Source: Bdellovibrionales bacterium
GTDB lineage: Bacteria > Bdellovibrionota > Bdellovibrionia > Bdellovibrionales > UBA1609
Reading direction: 5' to 3'
NCBI GenBank assembly: GCA_965203095.1
Contig: OZ241877.1
Location: 928,001 to 992,000, forward strand
Length of the DNA stretch: 64,000 bases
A program made the position numbers and the translations under genes. Below, in pieces: positions 50,535-59,359 of this stretch; positions within the stretch are counted from its first letter, which is position 1, and each line of letters opens with the position of its first letter. Under the pieces are notes generated by a model. That model did not search any database and was not told the DNA's origin. It saw nothing but the letters and a program-made list of their open reading frames with translations.

Positions 50535-53366
50535 TTATCTTATCGGCTGTTTGTCCGTGTTTCTTAGTCCTGTTTTCTCAAAACTGGACTTCAGTTTTAG
50601 AAGTTCTTTTGAGAGGCTGTCTATTTTTTCATTGGCTGATTTTAGTTCCTGTTTGGTGTTGGCCAACTCTTTTTTTGTTCCTGCCAACTCTTTTTTAAAC
50701 TGATCGTCTGTTTTGCTGAGGGCTTTAAAGTTTGCCTCTATTGTGGAATGAAGGGCTTTTATCCCGGCCCACAATGTCCCATAGATAGAGGGCCAGTCCG
50801 GAGCAATAGGCTTTCCTTTAAGCTGTAAGTTTTTTGGCAAGTCCTCCGCTATCACTCCCATTCTTTTCTTTTTAGGAAAATTGTCTTTATCCTTAAAATA
50901 ATAAGTGAATAGGGGAGTATCTAAAACATCCTTCAAAGCCTTTTCCATATCATTAAAGGGACGAATATTCTTTTTATAAACTTTGGATGATCGGCCTTGT
51001 TGCCTATACACACAGCGATTGGCATTGCTGTCCCAAAAAGAGTTTTCACCTGGGCATCTGTTTGTTATGGCACTTGCACAAACTTTATTCCCGGCAGAGT
51101 TAAAACCTTTTAAAAATTCACCAGACCCAGAACATTGCTGTTTCCAGCCTGTGCCTCCAGTGGCCACACAATTTAAAGTTCCATCGGCATTAAATCCTCT
51201 AAGGACTTGGCCAGAGGGGCAAGTTCCTATAGTGGCCCGCTTCCCGCAAAGCTTTCCATTGCCATCAAAGCCTCTAAGATATTCATTCCAAGCACACTTA
51301 ACACCATCTCCGGCAGACTTGATTACAACATTACTCCCTTTGATATAAGTCCCACCATTGCCAGAGATAGTCTCCCCGTGCCCCGCACCTGCTCCTATCA
51401 AAGTATTATAATGCCCAGTGATCCTTGCTCGCCGGCCGGCGTCATGGCCTAAAAGAATATTCAGCCTCCCAGAGATATATCCATCAGGACTTTGCCCCGA
51501 AAAATCCTTTTTCCCCGACCCCTGCCCAATAAAAACATTGTCATCCGCCCCGCTTCTTATATCCGCATTCCATCCCGCACTATGCCCTAAAAAAGTGTTT
51601 TTAGACCCGGACACTGTGGCTTCTTGGCCGGCATGATCGCCAATAAAATGGTTCTGCCCTCCGCTCACTGTGGCTTTTTTCCCAGCATTGTCCCCAAAAA
51701 AATGATTGCCTCCACCTGAGATTGTGGCTTCTCTACCAGCATTAGTGCCAACAAAAGTGTTGCTTGAGCCTGCTGTTATTTTTGTCTTATATCCCGACTG
51801 ATTACCAAAAAAATGATTATAGCCCCCTCCACCTGTCACTTCGGACTCACGGCCTGAAGATGACCCCACAAAATGATTGCCTGACTTTGAGATTGTCCCT
51901 TTAAAACCTGAATCTGGACCTATAAAAGTATTGTAATCCCCGGATATTTTAGCAGTCCTCCCGGCGGCATGTCCTAAAAGACTATTATCATCCCCACTAA
52001 TATAACCGCCTGTGGTAGTTCCCTGATCTTTTCTGCCGGCTTCTTTTCCTATAAAAACATTTCCAATAGCACCGGATCTTATATCCGCATAACTGCCCGC
52101 ATGATCACCTAAAAAAGTATTGTTTCCACCGGCCACTGTGGCCCTATTCCCTGCATGATAGCCCACAAATGTATTGTTCCCACCGGACACTGTGGCGACA
52201 TTCCCCGCCGACCTACCTAAAAAAGTATTAAATCCCCCGCTCACTGTGGCATAATATCCTGAGTCCCTACCAAAAAAATAACTATTCGCCCCCGTGATAG
52301 TCGCCCCCCTTGCTACATCATTACCAAAAGCGGTTGTGCCTGTGCCACCAAGTGATTGTGTGCTACCACAACCAGCAAGGGTTCTTTTGCTCCCAGTAGC
52401 CTCCGCTTTATAACAGCGGTTTTTCCCGCCGGATATTCCTATCACATCGCAAGTAAAATTGTCATAAGCACTATTAGGAGCGGCCGGCCAGGTAATGTCT
52501 AAAGTCAAAAGTTTTCCCCGGATAAAAGTCATCCCCCTTTGAATGCCAGGGATAAGAGTCCAAGTTTTTTTGCAGGGATAAGTCGTCCCGCTGGCCTTAC
52601 AATCACAACTCCCGCCATTGTCTGCTGGATTACATCTCAAAACAAAAAAGCGGGGGAAAAATCCATAGCGGGAAAATATGTTGTTAGAATCATGAACATC
52701 TAAAAGATTAGAGCTGGCTGACTTTTTTATGATTTTAAACTCTATCTCATTGCCTTCAGTCCCCTCTGCCAACTTAGCCTTTTGAGCACTTGTAGGGGCC
52801 GGATAGTTAGGAGCTGTATTCTGATTAAGCCAGCCTTTTATTGTTTCCTCACAATTAGTTTCAGTCCCAAACTGTTCCCAAAAAGCATTCAATTCCCTTT
52901 CTTTATTTATTTGCCTTTGCTGTTGGGCTATCAAAGCCGCATGTTTAGCCATGCCCGTCATGGCTATAACCCCAATAGTGGATGCCACCATAACACCGGT
53001 AATAGAAAAGCCTTTATTATTTAAAAGAAAAGTTTTTTTGTGTTTAAAATGATTTAAACTATTGAATTTACAGCATTTTTCGGGGGGGGGGGGGGTAAAT
53101 TTACCGTCCCGAAATGAAATGGCCTTTGGGCAAAAAGCTAAGGAATAAGACTTTTCAATAAGTTTTTGCGGAAAAGATTGGGATTTCTGGATTCCCGTTT
53201 TCACGGGAGCCAGAAAGCCTGGGGGGCTTTCTGGCAAGGTTCGGCGGGAAATGACTGTTTTCACGAGAGCTAAAAAGCTTGGGGAGCTTTTTGGCAAACT
53301 TTGCAGAGAAATGACAGACTCTCTCAAGGGTTTGTTTTTTAATATATTTTTCAAAAAAACTTTCAT
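50535..53366 (-). CDS. Fibre/adhesin with prepilin-like segment, Gly-rich repeats and C-terminal peptidase S74 chaperone
   Basis: KG/FSITGVMVAS hydrophobic helix; repeated N(T/H)F(L/F/I/V)G..(A/S)G; CPSGQVLRGF Cys repeats; SSKVYKKNI..MGVIAEDLP; terminal coiled coil. Confidence 0.85.
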   Translation of the reverse strand: MKVFLKNILKNKPLRESVISLQSLPKSSPSFLALVKTVISRRTLPESPPGFLAPVKTGIQKSQSFPQKLIEKSYSLAFCPKAISFRDGKFTPPPPEKCCKFNSLNHFKHKKTFLLNNKGFSITGVMVASTIGVIAMTGMAKHAALIAQQQRQINKERELNAFWEQFGTETNCEETIKGWLNQNTAPNYPAPTSAQKAKLAEGTEGNEIEFKIIKKSASSNLLDVHDSNNIFSRYGFFPRFFVLRCNPADNGGSCDCKASGTTYPCKKTWTLIPGIQRGMTFIRGKLLTLDITWPAAPNSAYDNFTCDVIGISGGKNRCYKAEATGSKRTLAGCGSTQSLGGTGTTAFGNDVARGATITGANSYFFGRDSGYYATVSGGFNTFLGRSAGNVATVSGGNNTFVGYHAGNRATVAGGNNTFLGDHAGSYADIRSGAIGNVFIGKEAGRKDQGTTTGGYISGDDNSLLGHAAGRTAKISGDYNTFIGPDSGFKGTISKSGNHFVGSSSGRESEVTGGGGYNHFFGNQSGYKTKITAGSSNTFVGTNAGREATISGGGNHFFGDNAGKKATVSGGQNHFIGDHAGQEATVSGSKNTFLGHSAGWNADIRSGADDNVFIGQGSGKKDFSGQSPDGYISGRLNILLGHDAGRRARITGHYNTLIGAGAGHGETISGNGGTYIKGSNVVIKSAGDGVKCAWNEYLRGFDGNGKLCGKRATIGTCPSGQVLRGFNADGTLNCVATGGTGWKQQCSGSGEFLKGFNSAGNKVCASAITNRCPGENSFWDSNANRCVYRQQGRSSKVYKKNIRPFNDMEKALKDVLDTPLFTYYFKDKDNFPKKKRMGVIAEDLPKNLQLKGKPIAPDWPSIYGTLWAGIKALHSTIEANFKALSKTDDQFKKELAGTKKELANTKQELKSANEKIDSLSKELLKLKSSFEKTGLRNTDKQPIR
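53082..53095. repeat. G14/C14 homopolymer in the 5' coding region of the fibre gene
   Basis: 14 consecutive G on the + strand, encoding TPPPP. Confidence 0.9.
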
Positions 53367-53659
53367 ATAAAGACCTATCGGTTTTTTGTTTAAAAAACTT
53401 TAGAAAAAAAGCCAGATCAGGCAAAAAACAGCTAAAATCTGTTTTTTTAACGGGTTTTTTTACAGAAAGGCTCAAGGATGTAGTATGTCCTGATCTTTCG
53501 TCCAGCTTGAAAAGCCAATAGATCCAACACTTACAACTACAAGAAATTCCAAATGGCGAACTCAGGAAAAATAAGAATTTGTCTTGATTGTTCATAAATC
53601 AGGACATATCTTTGCATAATGATCGCTTTTAACCATATAGCCGGGGGGCTTAAAACCAC

Positions 53660-54331
53660 ATGAAACTCCTCATCTTTAGTTTCAAACAAAGCCTTCAAAG
53701 TGCTCCAGCTGTCTTTAAAGAGTTGAATCGCTATTTTGGCTTTTATTTTATCGGGGCTTGCATGTTGAGTTTTGCCCTGTTCGGTCTCATCAAACCTCTT
53801 TCCTTATCAGAACAAAATTTTATGATTTTAGCTCTTGTCTTTTTATCTAAGGCTTTCACAGTATTTATGATCCCCTATTATGCCTTCAAAATCCGTTTTC
53901 AAAAAACGCGACCGTTTTGGGTTTTTATTGGTGAAACTATATGGCCTGTTGTTCTTAACAGCATTAAAGCTTTTTTTGTAATTTTGCTCTTTTTCATTTT
54001 TCTGATTGTTCCGGGAGTATATAAGGCTTTCCGCCTGACTTTTCTCGTGGAAACTGTGTTTTTTGATAAGCTTTATAAAGAGGGGGGTTCTGCTCTAAAA
54101 TTTGCTGACAAAAGCACTCGTGGTTATTTTTGGTCCGTCGTTTTTTGTGTGATTTTTGGATATATTTTAACAGGGATAGTGAGTTGGATAAATTTTTCTT
54201 TTCTGCCTTCATTTTTAAATCAAAGCTTGAGCTTAATTCTTGATCTTTATATCTCCTGGTTTGCTGTTTTGTTTAAAACTCAGCTCTATTTTGAGATAAA
54301 GAAAAGGCGAGGGGATGAACTTTCCCCTTAA
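53660..54331 (+). CDS. Integral membrane protein
   Basis: About five hydrophobic segments; IVPGVY..RL.F pattern. Confidence 0.7.
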   Translation: MKLLIFSFKQSLQSAPAVFKELNRYFGFYFIGACMLSFALFGLIKPLSLSEQNFMILALVFLSKAFTVFMIPYYAFKIRFQKTRPFWVFIGETIWPVVLNSIKAFFVILLFFIFLIVPGVYKAFRLTFLVETVFFDKLYKEGGSALKFADKSTRGYFWSVVFCVIFGYILTGIVSWINFSFLPSFLNQSLSLILDLYISWFAVLFKTQLYFEIKKRRGDELSP

Positions 54332-54432
54332 TTTTAAAATAAAAACAAGATTCTTTAATAAAATTTTTTGTTGACAAAGCCTTATTTTATGTGAGAGTTT
54401 GCTTAAAAATTGTTTTAAAAAGGAGGTTTTTA

Positions 54433-54912
54433 ATGAAGTTTTTTTCACTTTTAATCAGCTTAGCTATTTTTACGGCTTGTAATGTATCCTCTAAAGACAA
54501 CCCAAAAGAGGCCGCCCCAGGAGATGATCCTCCTGCGACACAAGGCCCTTCTGCCCAAAACCAAGCCCAACAGTTGAGGAACATAGCTCACAGAATATTG
54601 GAGGAAATTCAGCTCCTACAAACAAAGGCCAAATCTATAGCTGATAATTCCCCCTACTCACGCCCTTATGAGCCTTATCTTGCAAAACTAAAATCCGTGC
54701 TGGATCAAGCCAAAGCTCATTACGATATAGTAAGAGCTATTGAGGACGAAGTAGAAGACGCTCTTTCAGACGAAGAGGCCAAAGAGGCTAAAAACCGTAT
54801 GAGTTTAAAAGTTGATGATATGAAAAGCCTTAAAACTGAGGCGACTCATATCCTCAATCAAATAACTGGGGTTCAAAAAAGAGGCACAAGCGGAGCCCGG
54901 GATGCACCTTAA
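54433..54912 (+). CDS. Helical lipoprotein
   Basis: AGGAGG RBS; MKFFSLLISLAIFTAC lipobox. Confidence 0.8.
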   Translation: MKFFSLLISLAIFTACNVSSKDNPKEAAPGDDPPATQGPSAQNQAQQLRNIAHRILEEIQLLQTKAKSIADNSPYSRPYEPYLAKLKSVLDQAKAHYDIVRAIEDEVEDALSDEEAKEAKNRMSLKVDDMKSLKTEATHILNQITGVQKRGTSGARDAP

Positions 54913-54926
54913 AGAAAACAAATAAG

Positions 54927-55532
54927 CTATTTGTTAAGGCCCTCTTTTTTCCATTGGATCTTAAGCAGGATTTTTTGAGAAAAGCCCCTCTCTTTATAAG
55001 TTTTAAAAACTTTTAAGGAAAAAGCTTTGTCCTTATGCCATTTTGCAGGCCATGTCTCATTTTGCCATAAAAAGGCTGAACCAGTGGGCTTTTTTAAAAG
55101 AGAAGTTAAAATTTTGGCCATTTTATCTAAGGGCAAAGCGGCTTGGGATAAAATGATTTCAAAAGGCTTTTTAAGGCTTTCCGCCTCTTGACAAAACACT
55201 TTACTGTTAAAAATTTTGGCCTTATGTAAGGCGAATTTTAAAAATTCTGCCTTTTTTCTTTTTCTTTCGCATAAAAAAAAGTGATTTTTTGGGAATAAAA
55301 TAGCCAAAAAAAGGCCGGGGAAACCATTGCCAGAACCTAAATCCAAAACAGGATGAATGTTCTGAAAAAAGGGTGAAAGAACCTCCGCAGTGTAAAAAAC
55401 CTGTCGGCACAAAAAGCGGAGTTGAGTCTGAGGATTTTTTCTGGAAAGTAAATTAAACGAAGAATTGTGCTCTAAAAGAAGCCCTTTAAAGCTTTGAATC
55501 TGCTTTTCTTGCCCTTGAGAAAGCCTTTTCAT
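54927..55532 (-). CDS. rsmG: 16S rRNA m7G527 methyltransferase
   Basis: FNLLS and LDLGSGNGFPG motifs; downstream of mnmG. Confidence 0.88.
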   Translation of the reverse strand: MKRLSQGQEKQIQSFKGLLLEHNSSFNLLSRKNPQTQLRFLCRQVFYTAEVLSPFFQNIHPVLDLGSGNGFPGLFLAILFPKNHFFLCERKRKKAEFLKFALHKAKIFNSKVFCQEAESLKKPFEIILSQAALPLDKMAKILTSLLKKPTGSAFLWQNETWPAKWHKDKAFSLKVFKTYKERGFSQKILLKIQWKKEGLNK

Positions 55533-55561
55533 TTATGTGCCAAGACCCTTTCAATAATGGC

Positions 55562-57433
55562 TTAAGTTTTTTGCCTTTTTTCCATCGACTGTTTTTTTAC
55601 ATGGACAAACAGGGCTTGAAGAGCTGTGGAGCTGACCCCGCTAATCCGTCCGGCTTGGCCCAGGCTCCTAGGGCGAATTTTCTCTAATTTTTCTCTATCC
55701 TCTAAAGAAAGCCCTCGAATTTTTCTATAATTTAAGCCCTTAAGCCTTAGGTTTTCCATTTTTTGCAAACTCTTTATCAGCTCTTTTTGACGAGAAATAT
55801 AACCTTGGTATTTGATCTGGACTTCCACCCCCTGCTCTGCCTCTTCTGAAACCGAAAGACCCGGCAAAAAAGGCCTTAGATCCTTTATCCTTAGCTCTGG
55901 CCGTTTTAAAATTTCTGATAGGTTCTGTGGCTTAAAAATAGTTTTTATTCTTGTTTTTTTCAGTTGTGCTTGGGTTTTTTCATTGGGAACCAGCTTTTTT
56001 TTCTCTAACTCTGACAAAAGCTCTTTTCGATCTTGTAAAAGTTTATTTATTTTTTTATCCCTTTCTAAGGGCAAAATTTTTAAGCGATGGGCTAAAGGAT
56101 AAAGCCTCTCATAAACATTGTCCTCCCTTAAAACCAATCTCTGCTCTGCACGGGAGCTGAACATTCTATAAGGCTCTTTCGTGCCTTTGGTCACCAAGTC
56201 ATCAATCAAAACTCCGATATAAGCCTCATGTCGCCCCAAAACCACCGGCTCTTTGCCTAACACACTTAAGCCTGCGTTTAAGCCCGCCATCAGGCCTTGC
56301 CCCGCGGCCTCTTCATAACCGCTGGTGCCGTTAATTTGACCAGCCAGAAAAAGATTTTTGATCTTTTTTGTCTCTAAACTGTGAAACAGCTCTGTAGGCT
56401 CAACAAAATCATACTCCACAGCATAGCCCGGCCGGAGCATTTTCATGTTTTCTAATCCAGGAATGCTTTTTAAAAAAGCTTCTTGTGCCGGGGCGGGAAG
56501 GCTGGTGGATAGGCCCTGGACATAAATGGAATTGAGTTTTAAGCCTTCTGGCTCCAAAAAGCTCTGATGGCGAACTTTATTGAACCGAGTCACTTTGTCC
56601 TCCACGCTGGGGCAATAGCGGGGGCCTGGGCCAGTCACCGCGCCGGAAAATAGGGGAGAGTTTTTTAAATGAGAACGAATAATATCATGTGTTTTTTCAT
56701 TAGTATAAGTTAAAAAACAGTTCACTTGTGGGAGTGCTGGTTTTTTAGCACTCAAAAGGCTAAAGGGGTAAAAATCTTTGTCACCCTTTTGAACTTCTGT
56801 TTTGCTGAAGTCAATAGAATCTTTATGAATGCGAGGGGGGGTTCCTGTTTTGAGTCGGCGGAGAGGAAAGCCTAACTGAAAAAGCTCCTGAGAAAGGCCC
56901 TCAGTGGCTTTATCCCCTGCTCTTCCTCCGGCTTTTTGCTTGTTCCCAATATGCATAATCGCTCTCATAAAAGTTCCTGTAGTGATAATGACGGCTTTTG
57001 CTGGGATAAAAACATTGTCTTGGCTTATAACTCCTAAGCATTGATGATTTTTTATCTTTAAAGCTTTGATCTCCATCTCTTTAAGATCGAGATGGGGGCG
57101 ACTTTCAGCAAAAGCTTTCATTTTTTTTGTGTAAAGCGGTTTGTCGCATTGCATACGACGAGCTCGCACAGCAGGGCCTTTTTTTTGATTGAGCCTTTTG
57201 AATTGAATGCAGGTTTTGTCCGCTGTCTGGCCCATCTGCCCCCCCAGAACTTCAATTTCACGAACAATATGGCCCTTAGCCAATCCGCCAATAGCGGGGT
57301 TGCAACTCATAAAAGCCACTCGCTCAAGATTGGAGCTGACTAAAAGGACCTCTAAGCCCAGCCTCTCCGCAACAAGAGCGGATTCCAGCCCTGCATGACC
57401 AGCCCCTACCACAATGATATCATATTTTTTCAT
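55562..57433 (-). CDS. mnmG: tRNA modification enzyme MnmG/GidA
   Basis: [36 protein letters not shown]. Confidence 0.98.
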   Translation of the reverse strand: MKKYDIIVVGAGHAGLESALVAERLGLEVLLVSSNLERVAFMSCNPAIGGLAKGHIVREIEVLGGQMGQTADKTCIQFKRLNQKKGPAVRARRMQCDKPLYTKKMKAFAESRPHLDLKEMEIKALKIKNHQCLGVISQDNVFIPAKAVIITTGTFMRAIMHIGNKQKAGGRAGDKATEGLSQELFQLGFPLRRLKTGTPPRIHKDSIDFSKTEVQKGDKDFYPFSLLSAKKPALPQVNCFLTYTNEKTHDIIRSHLKNSPLFSGAVTGPGPRYCPSVEDKVTRFNKVRHQSFLEPEGLKLNSIYVQGLSTSLPAPAQEAFLKSIPGLENMKMLRPGYAVEYDFVEPTELFHSLETKKIKNLFLAGQINGTSGYEEAAGQGLMAGLNAGLSVLGKEPVVLGRHEAYIGVLIDDLVTKGTKEPYRMFSSRAEQRLVLREDNVYERLYPLAHRLKILPLERDKKINKLLQDRKELLSELEKKKLVPNEKTQAQLKKTRIKTIFKPQNLSEILKRPELRIKDLRPFLPGLSVSEEAEQGVEVQIKYQGYISRQKELIKSLQKMENLRLKGLNYRKIRGLSLEDREKLEKIRPRSLGQAGRISGVSSTALQALFVHVKKQSMEKRQKT

Positions 57434-57482
57434 AATATTTTCTCATTACATAAAATTTTTTCAGAAAACATAATGATCCTAT

Positions 57483-58862
57483 CTATTTCCCGATACAAAA
57501 ATCCTTAAAAATACGATCCAAAATTTGATCATCAATTTGTTGGCCTAAGATCTCATAAAGAGCTTGTAAACCTTGTCGTAATTCTAAAGCCATAAGATCT
57601 TTTTCCCTTTGGGCAGAGTTTAAAAGCTGAAAGCTGTTTTCTATAGATTTTTCCATTATTTTTAAGCCTTTATGGTGCCGGAAGTTGCTGATTAAAAAGC
57701 CCTCTGAGGGGAGTTTTCCTAAAGAAAGAATTTTCTTTCTTAAACGAGAGATTCCCTCTTTAGTAAGAGAGCTTACAAAAAATGCCTGATGTGCTGGAGG
57801 AAAATATCGGCCGGTTTTTTTTAAGCCTCTCAATAGCTCTTGAGCTGTAGCTTCTTTTTTTGCCAGATCTTTTTTAGTTAAAACAATTAAGGTTTTAGAA
57901 GGCTCAGTAAATAAAAACTCGGCCTCTTTTTCAATCTTTATATTTGAAGAGTCTATGAGGACCATTTTGTAATCACAGGAAAAAAACAAATCCCTAACTT
58001 TTTTTTGGCCCTTAAGCTCCCCTTCGCTTTGGCTAATACGGAAACCAGCACCGTCTTTTAAGTTAATGTTTAGCCCTTGGGGGTTTAAAAGTTGCCCTTC
58101 TATAATGTCTCTTGTGGTCCCCTCTTCTTTTGAGACAATCGCCTTATCTTCGTCTAAAAGGGCATTAAACAAAGAGGATTTTCCCACATTGACAGAACCA
58201 AAAATCCCAAAAACAAGCCCTTTTTGTAGGTTTTCAAAGGGTTGATATTTAGAAAGTAGATTTTTTATTTCTTGTTCCAATTCTTCAAGCTTTTCCTTTA
58301 TTTGTTTTTCATTCATTAAGCTCAGCCCTTCCATAGAAAAATCAATGTCAGCCTCTAAATGGCTTAAGAGGAAAAGCCATTTTTTTTCCAAAAGTCTTAG
58401 TTTTTTAGATAAAAGACCTTCTAACTGGAAAAAAGCCTGCCGGCGGGAGGCCTGGCTTTGGCTTTCTATAAATTGCAACAGTGCTTCGGCCTGAACCAGA
58501 TCCATTTTTCCATTAGAAAAGGCTCTTAAGGAGAACTCTCCTGGTTCTGCCGGACGAGCTCCGCTATCTATCAGAGCCTTTAAAACCTCTGTCCAAACAG
58601 CTCCACCGTGGCAAGATATCTCTAAGCTTTCTTCTCCAGTAAAAGATCGGCCTTTAGCAAAATAAGTGACTAAGGCCTGATCTAAAGGCTTCTGCTTTTT
58701 TTTTAAAATACCAAAGTAAGCCCGATGGCTTTCTGGTTTAGAGGGCAAAAAATGAGCTATTTTCCTGCTGATAGTTAAAGCTCTCGGCCCGCTGACACGA
58801 ATTAAAGAAATAGCCCCCCGGCCCTCTGCCGTGCAAAGGGCACAGATAGTTCCGCCCTTCAT
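57483..58862 (-). CDS. mnmE: tRNA modification GTPase MnmE
   Basis: SFTGE..EISCHG, NVGKSSL, GTTRD; ends FCIGK. Confidence 0.96.
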   Translation of the reverse strand: MKGGTICALCTAEGRGAISLIRVSGPRALTISRKIAHFLPSKPESHRAYFGILKKKQKPLDQALVTYFAKGRSFTGEESLEISCHGGAVWTEVLKALIDSGARPAEPGEFSLRAFSNGKMDLVQAEALLQFIESQSQASRRQAFFQLEGLLSKKLRLLEKKWLFLLSHLEADIDFSMEGLSLMNEKQIKEKLEELEQEIKNLLSKYQPFENLQKGLVFGIFGSVNVGKSSLFNALLDEDKAIVSKEEGTTRDIIEGQLLNPQGLNINLKDGAGFRISQSEGELKGQKKVRDLFFSCDYKMVLIDSSNIKIEKEAEFLFTEPSKTLIVLTKKDLAKKEATAQELLRGLKKTGRYFPPAHQAFFVSSLTKEGISRLRKKILSLGKLPSEGFLISNFRHHKGLKIMEKSIENSFQLLNSAQREKDLMALELRQGLQALYEILGQQIDDQILDRIFKDFCIGK

Positions 58863-59359
58863 CTCCCCTCTCTAAAGGTATCTGGGATCAGCTTCAAATT
58901 TTTATAAAAACCAGAACCAAAAGACTGGCTCACTACCCCAGTATTTCCAGAAACTTTCTCATGAATAAGCCGTCTTTGATATGGGGAAAGCAATTGTTTA
59001 AAAACCACTGGGCGATTGCTGTCTAAGGCTTTTTGAATGAGATGTTCTGTCAGGGACAGCAGTCGGTTCTCCTGCTCCTTCCAAAAACCAGAAGAATCCA
59101 CAAAAAGCCTCGGCTTTTCTCCAGGAAACTCTTTATAAAGGGCTTGTAAAAGATAGGTTTGAATAGCTAATAAAAGCTTGCCCTTTCGGGTTTTTAAAAG
59201 CCCCTCATCCTCTCCAAAAATATCCACTTTAAAAGCACTGCCTTTTTCTTTCTCCAACTGAAAAGACAGCAAAAAGCCCCCGCCCTCTAAAAGCTCTGAG
59301 AGAAGCTCTGAGAGAAGGCTTTTAACTGTTTTTTTTCTTCCACCAAACAGTTTTAACAT
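58859..59359 (-). CDS. Jag/KhpB-like KH + R3H RNA-binding protein
   Basis: RRLIH R3H motif; position between yidC and mnmE; AGGAGG RBS before MLKLFG. Confidence 0.8.
   Translation of the reverse strand: MLKLFGGRKKTVKSLLSELLSELLEGGGFLLSFQLEKEKGSAFKVDIFGEDEGLLKTRKGKLLLAIQTYLLQALYKEFPGEKPRLFVDSSGFWKEQENRLLSLTEHLIQKALDSNRPVVFKQLLSPYQRRLIHEKVSGNTGVVSQSFGSGFYKNLKLIPDTFREGR

Noticed and set aside
40925..53366. Intact prophage
   Set aside because: HNH, recombinase and S74 fibre are present, but no terminase, portal, capsid or lysis genes
32500..53400. Canonical integron
   Set aside because: No tyrosine integrase in the window, no attC-type RYYYAAC..GTTRRRY hairpins noticed, and the units carry their own promoters
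32500..53400. Diversity-generating retroelement
   Set aside because: No reverse transcriptase in the window; no template/variable repeat pair with adenine-specific differences noticed
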